A model generated the notes under the pieces. That model had not been told where the DNA came from. It saw only the letters and a program-made list of their open reading frames with translations, and did no database searches. From positions 18,354-42,353 of the forward strand of contig CANSGN010000009.1 of the NCBI GenBank assembly GCA_947646415.1: 24,000 nt of DNA, given 5' to 3'. The stretch comes from an uncultured Clostridia bacterium (lineage in GTDB: Bacteria; Bacillota; Clostridia; Christensenellales; UBA3700). Positions 23,254-24,000 of the stretch are shown here, piece after piece. Position 1 is the stretch's first letter; each line of letters opens with the position of its first letter. A program made the translations under genes and the position numbers.

Positions 23254-24000
23254 ATATAATAAACGGAAAAGAAGTATCTAAAAAAACAAGGGAAAAAGTT
23301 GCCCTTATGGTAAAGGATTTTGTTGCCGAAAAAGGTAGAATACCTTGCCTTGCGGTTATATTGGTAGGGGAAGACCCTGCATCGCAAACTTATGTTAAAA
23401 ACAAAATCATAGGTTGTGAAGAAGTAGGTATGAAATCGTTATCTTATAGGTTGCCTGCAAACAGCACAAATGACGAGGTTGCAAAAATTATAAAAGATTT
23501 GGCATCGGATAGTACTGTTGACGGGATTTTGATTCAGTTGCCTTTGCCAAAAGGTTTGGATGAAAGATATTTGCTTTCGCTTATACCTGACAGTAAAGAT
23601 GTGGACGGCTTTAGTCCTAACAATTTGGGTTTGCTTGCAATGAACAATCCAAGGACTGTAAGTTGTACCCCTTACGGAGTTATGGAGTTATTGGCATCTA
23701 CAGGGGTTAACTTGAGCGGCAAAAATGCGGTTGTAATCGGCAGGAGCAATACTGTAGGAAAGCCTATGGCAATGCTGCTTTTAAATGCAAATTGTACGGT
23801 TACCGTTTGTCACTCAAAAACTCAAAATATGGCAGAGATTACAAAACAAGCGGATATTTTGGTTGTTGCAATCGGCAAACCTAAGTTTGTAACCGAAGAT
23901 ATGGTAAAAGAGGGCGCAATCGTAATAGACGTGGGCATAAACAGAGTGGACGGCAAACTTGTCGGAGATGTGGATTTTGAAAATGTAAGCAAAAAAGCAT
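23250..24000 (+). CDS. folD: Bifunctional methylenetetrahydrofolate dehydrogenase/cyclohydrolase FolD (3' end beyond the window)
   Basis: This ORF is not in the track because no stop falls inside the window. ATG 23250 overlaps the nusB stop (ATGA). My translation reads MNIINGKEVSKKTREKVALMVKDFVAEKGRIPCLAVILVGEDPASQTYVKNK...VDGILIQLPLP...DVDGFSPNNLG...CTPYGVMELL...GKNAVVIGRSNTVGKPMAMLLL..NCTVTVCHSKT..., which is FolD throughout. Confidence 0.92.
   Translation, partial: MNIINGKEVSKKTREKVALMVKDFVAEKGRIPCLAVILVGEDPASQTYVKNKIIGCEEVGMKSLSYRLPANSTNDEVAKIIKDLASDSTVDGILIQLPLPKGLDERYLLSLIPDSKDVDGFSPNNLGLLAMNNPRTVSCTPYGVMELLASTGVNLSGKNAVVIGRSNTVGKPMAMLLLNANCTVTVCHSKTQNMAEITKQADILVVAIGKPKFVTEDMVKEGAIVIDVGINRVDGKLVGDVDFENVSKKA

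Noticed and set aside
1-24000. A search for CRISPR repeats, tRNA or rRNA genes, toxin-antitoxin pairs, restriction-modification or other defence-island gene sets, and prophage genes.
   Set aside because: None was found. All long ORFs have housekeeping, sporulation, transporter, IS or surface-protein character. The only regularly repeated DNA is the coding beta-helix repeat and the short dispersed word reported in the findings.

Overview
Low-GC chromosomal segment, roughly one-third G+C by eye, from an endospore-forming Firmicute (Clostridia-like). Most of it is core or sporulation DNA. Left to right: the 3' end of a ypeB-like germination gene; a 1043-aa secreted beta-helix/MBG-like/dockerin-like surface protein; a DUF1846 (UPF0371) protein; a long divergent PRPP-synthetase homologue; an MBL-fold hydrolase; rho; a tnpA-only IS200/IS605 element just after the rho terminator; a minus-strand block (SpoVB-like MOP flippase, DUF421, DUF4363); a small two-LysM protein; a small 4-TM membrane protein translationally coupled to a complete spoIIIAA-AH operon; a fused MacB-type ABC ATPase/FtsX permease with an oversized extracytoplasmic domain; then asp23-like, nusB and folD (3'-truncated). 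The right half mirrors the B. subtilis order spoIIIA ... yqhY-nusB-folD. I saw no rRNA, tRNA, CRISPR array or recognisable defence, toxin-antitoxin or prophage module. The most unusual feature is a candidate invertible promoter switch: two 27-bp inverted repeats at 812-838 and 960-986, each with an internal arm-spacer-arm layout. It ends 9 nt before the ribosome-binding site of the surface-protein gene, and the best promoter inside it currently points away from that gene. Secondary oddities are a dispersed 15-18-nt word (CAAAAATCGGKATTAAA), a MITE-like 80-bp insert, a compositional break inside the surface-protein gene, and the unusual ABC fusion sitting where B. subtilis has accBC. All functional calls rest on reading the translations and sequence by eye; no database search was run.
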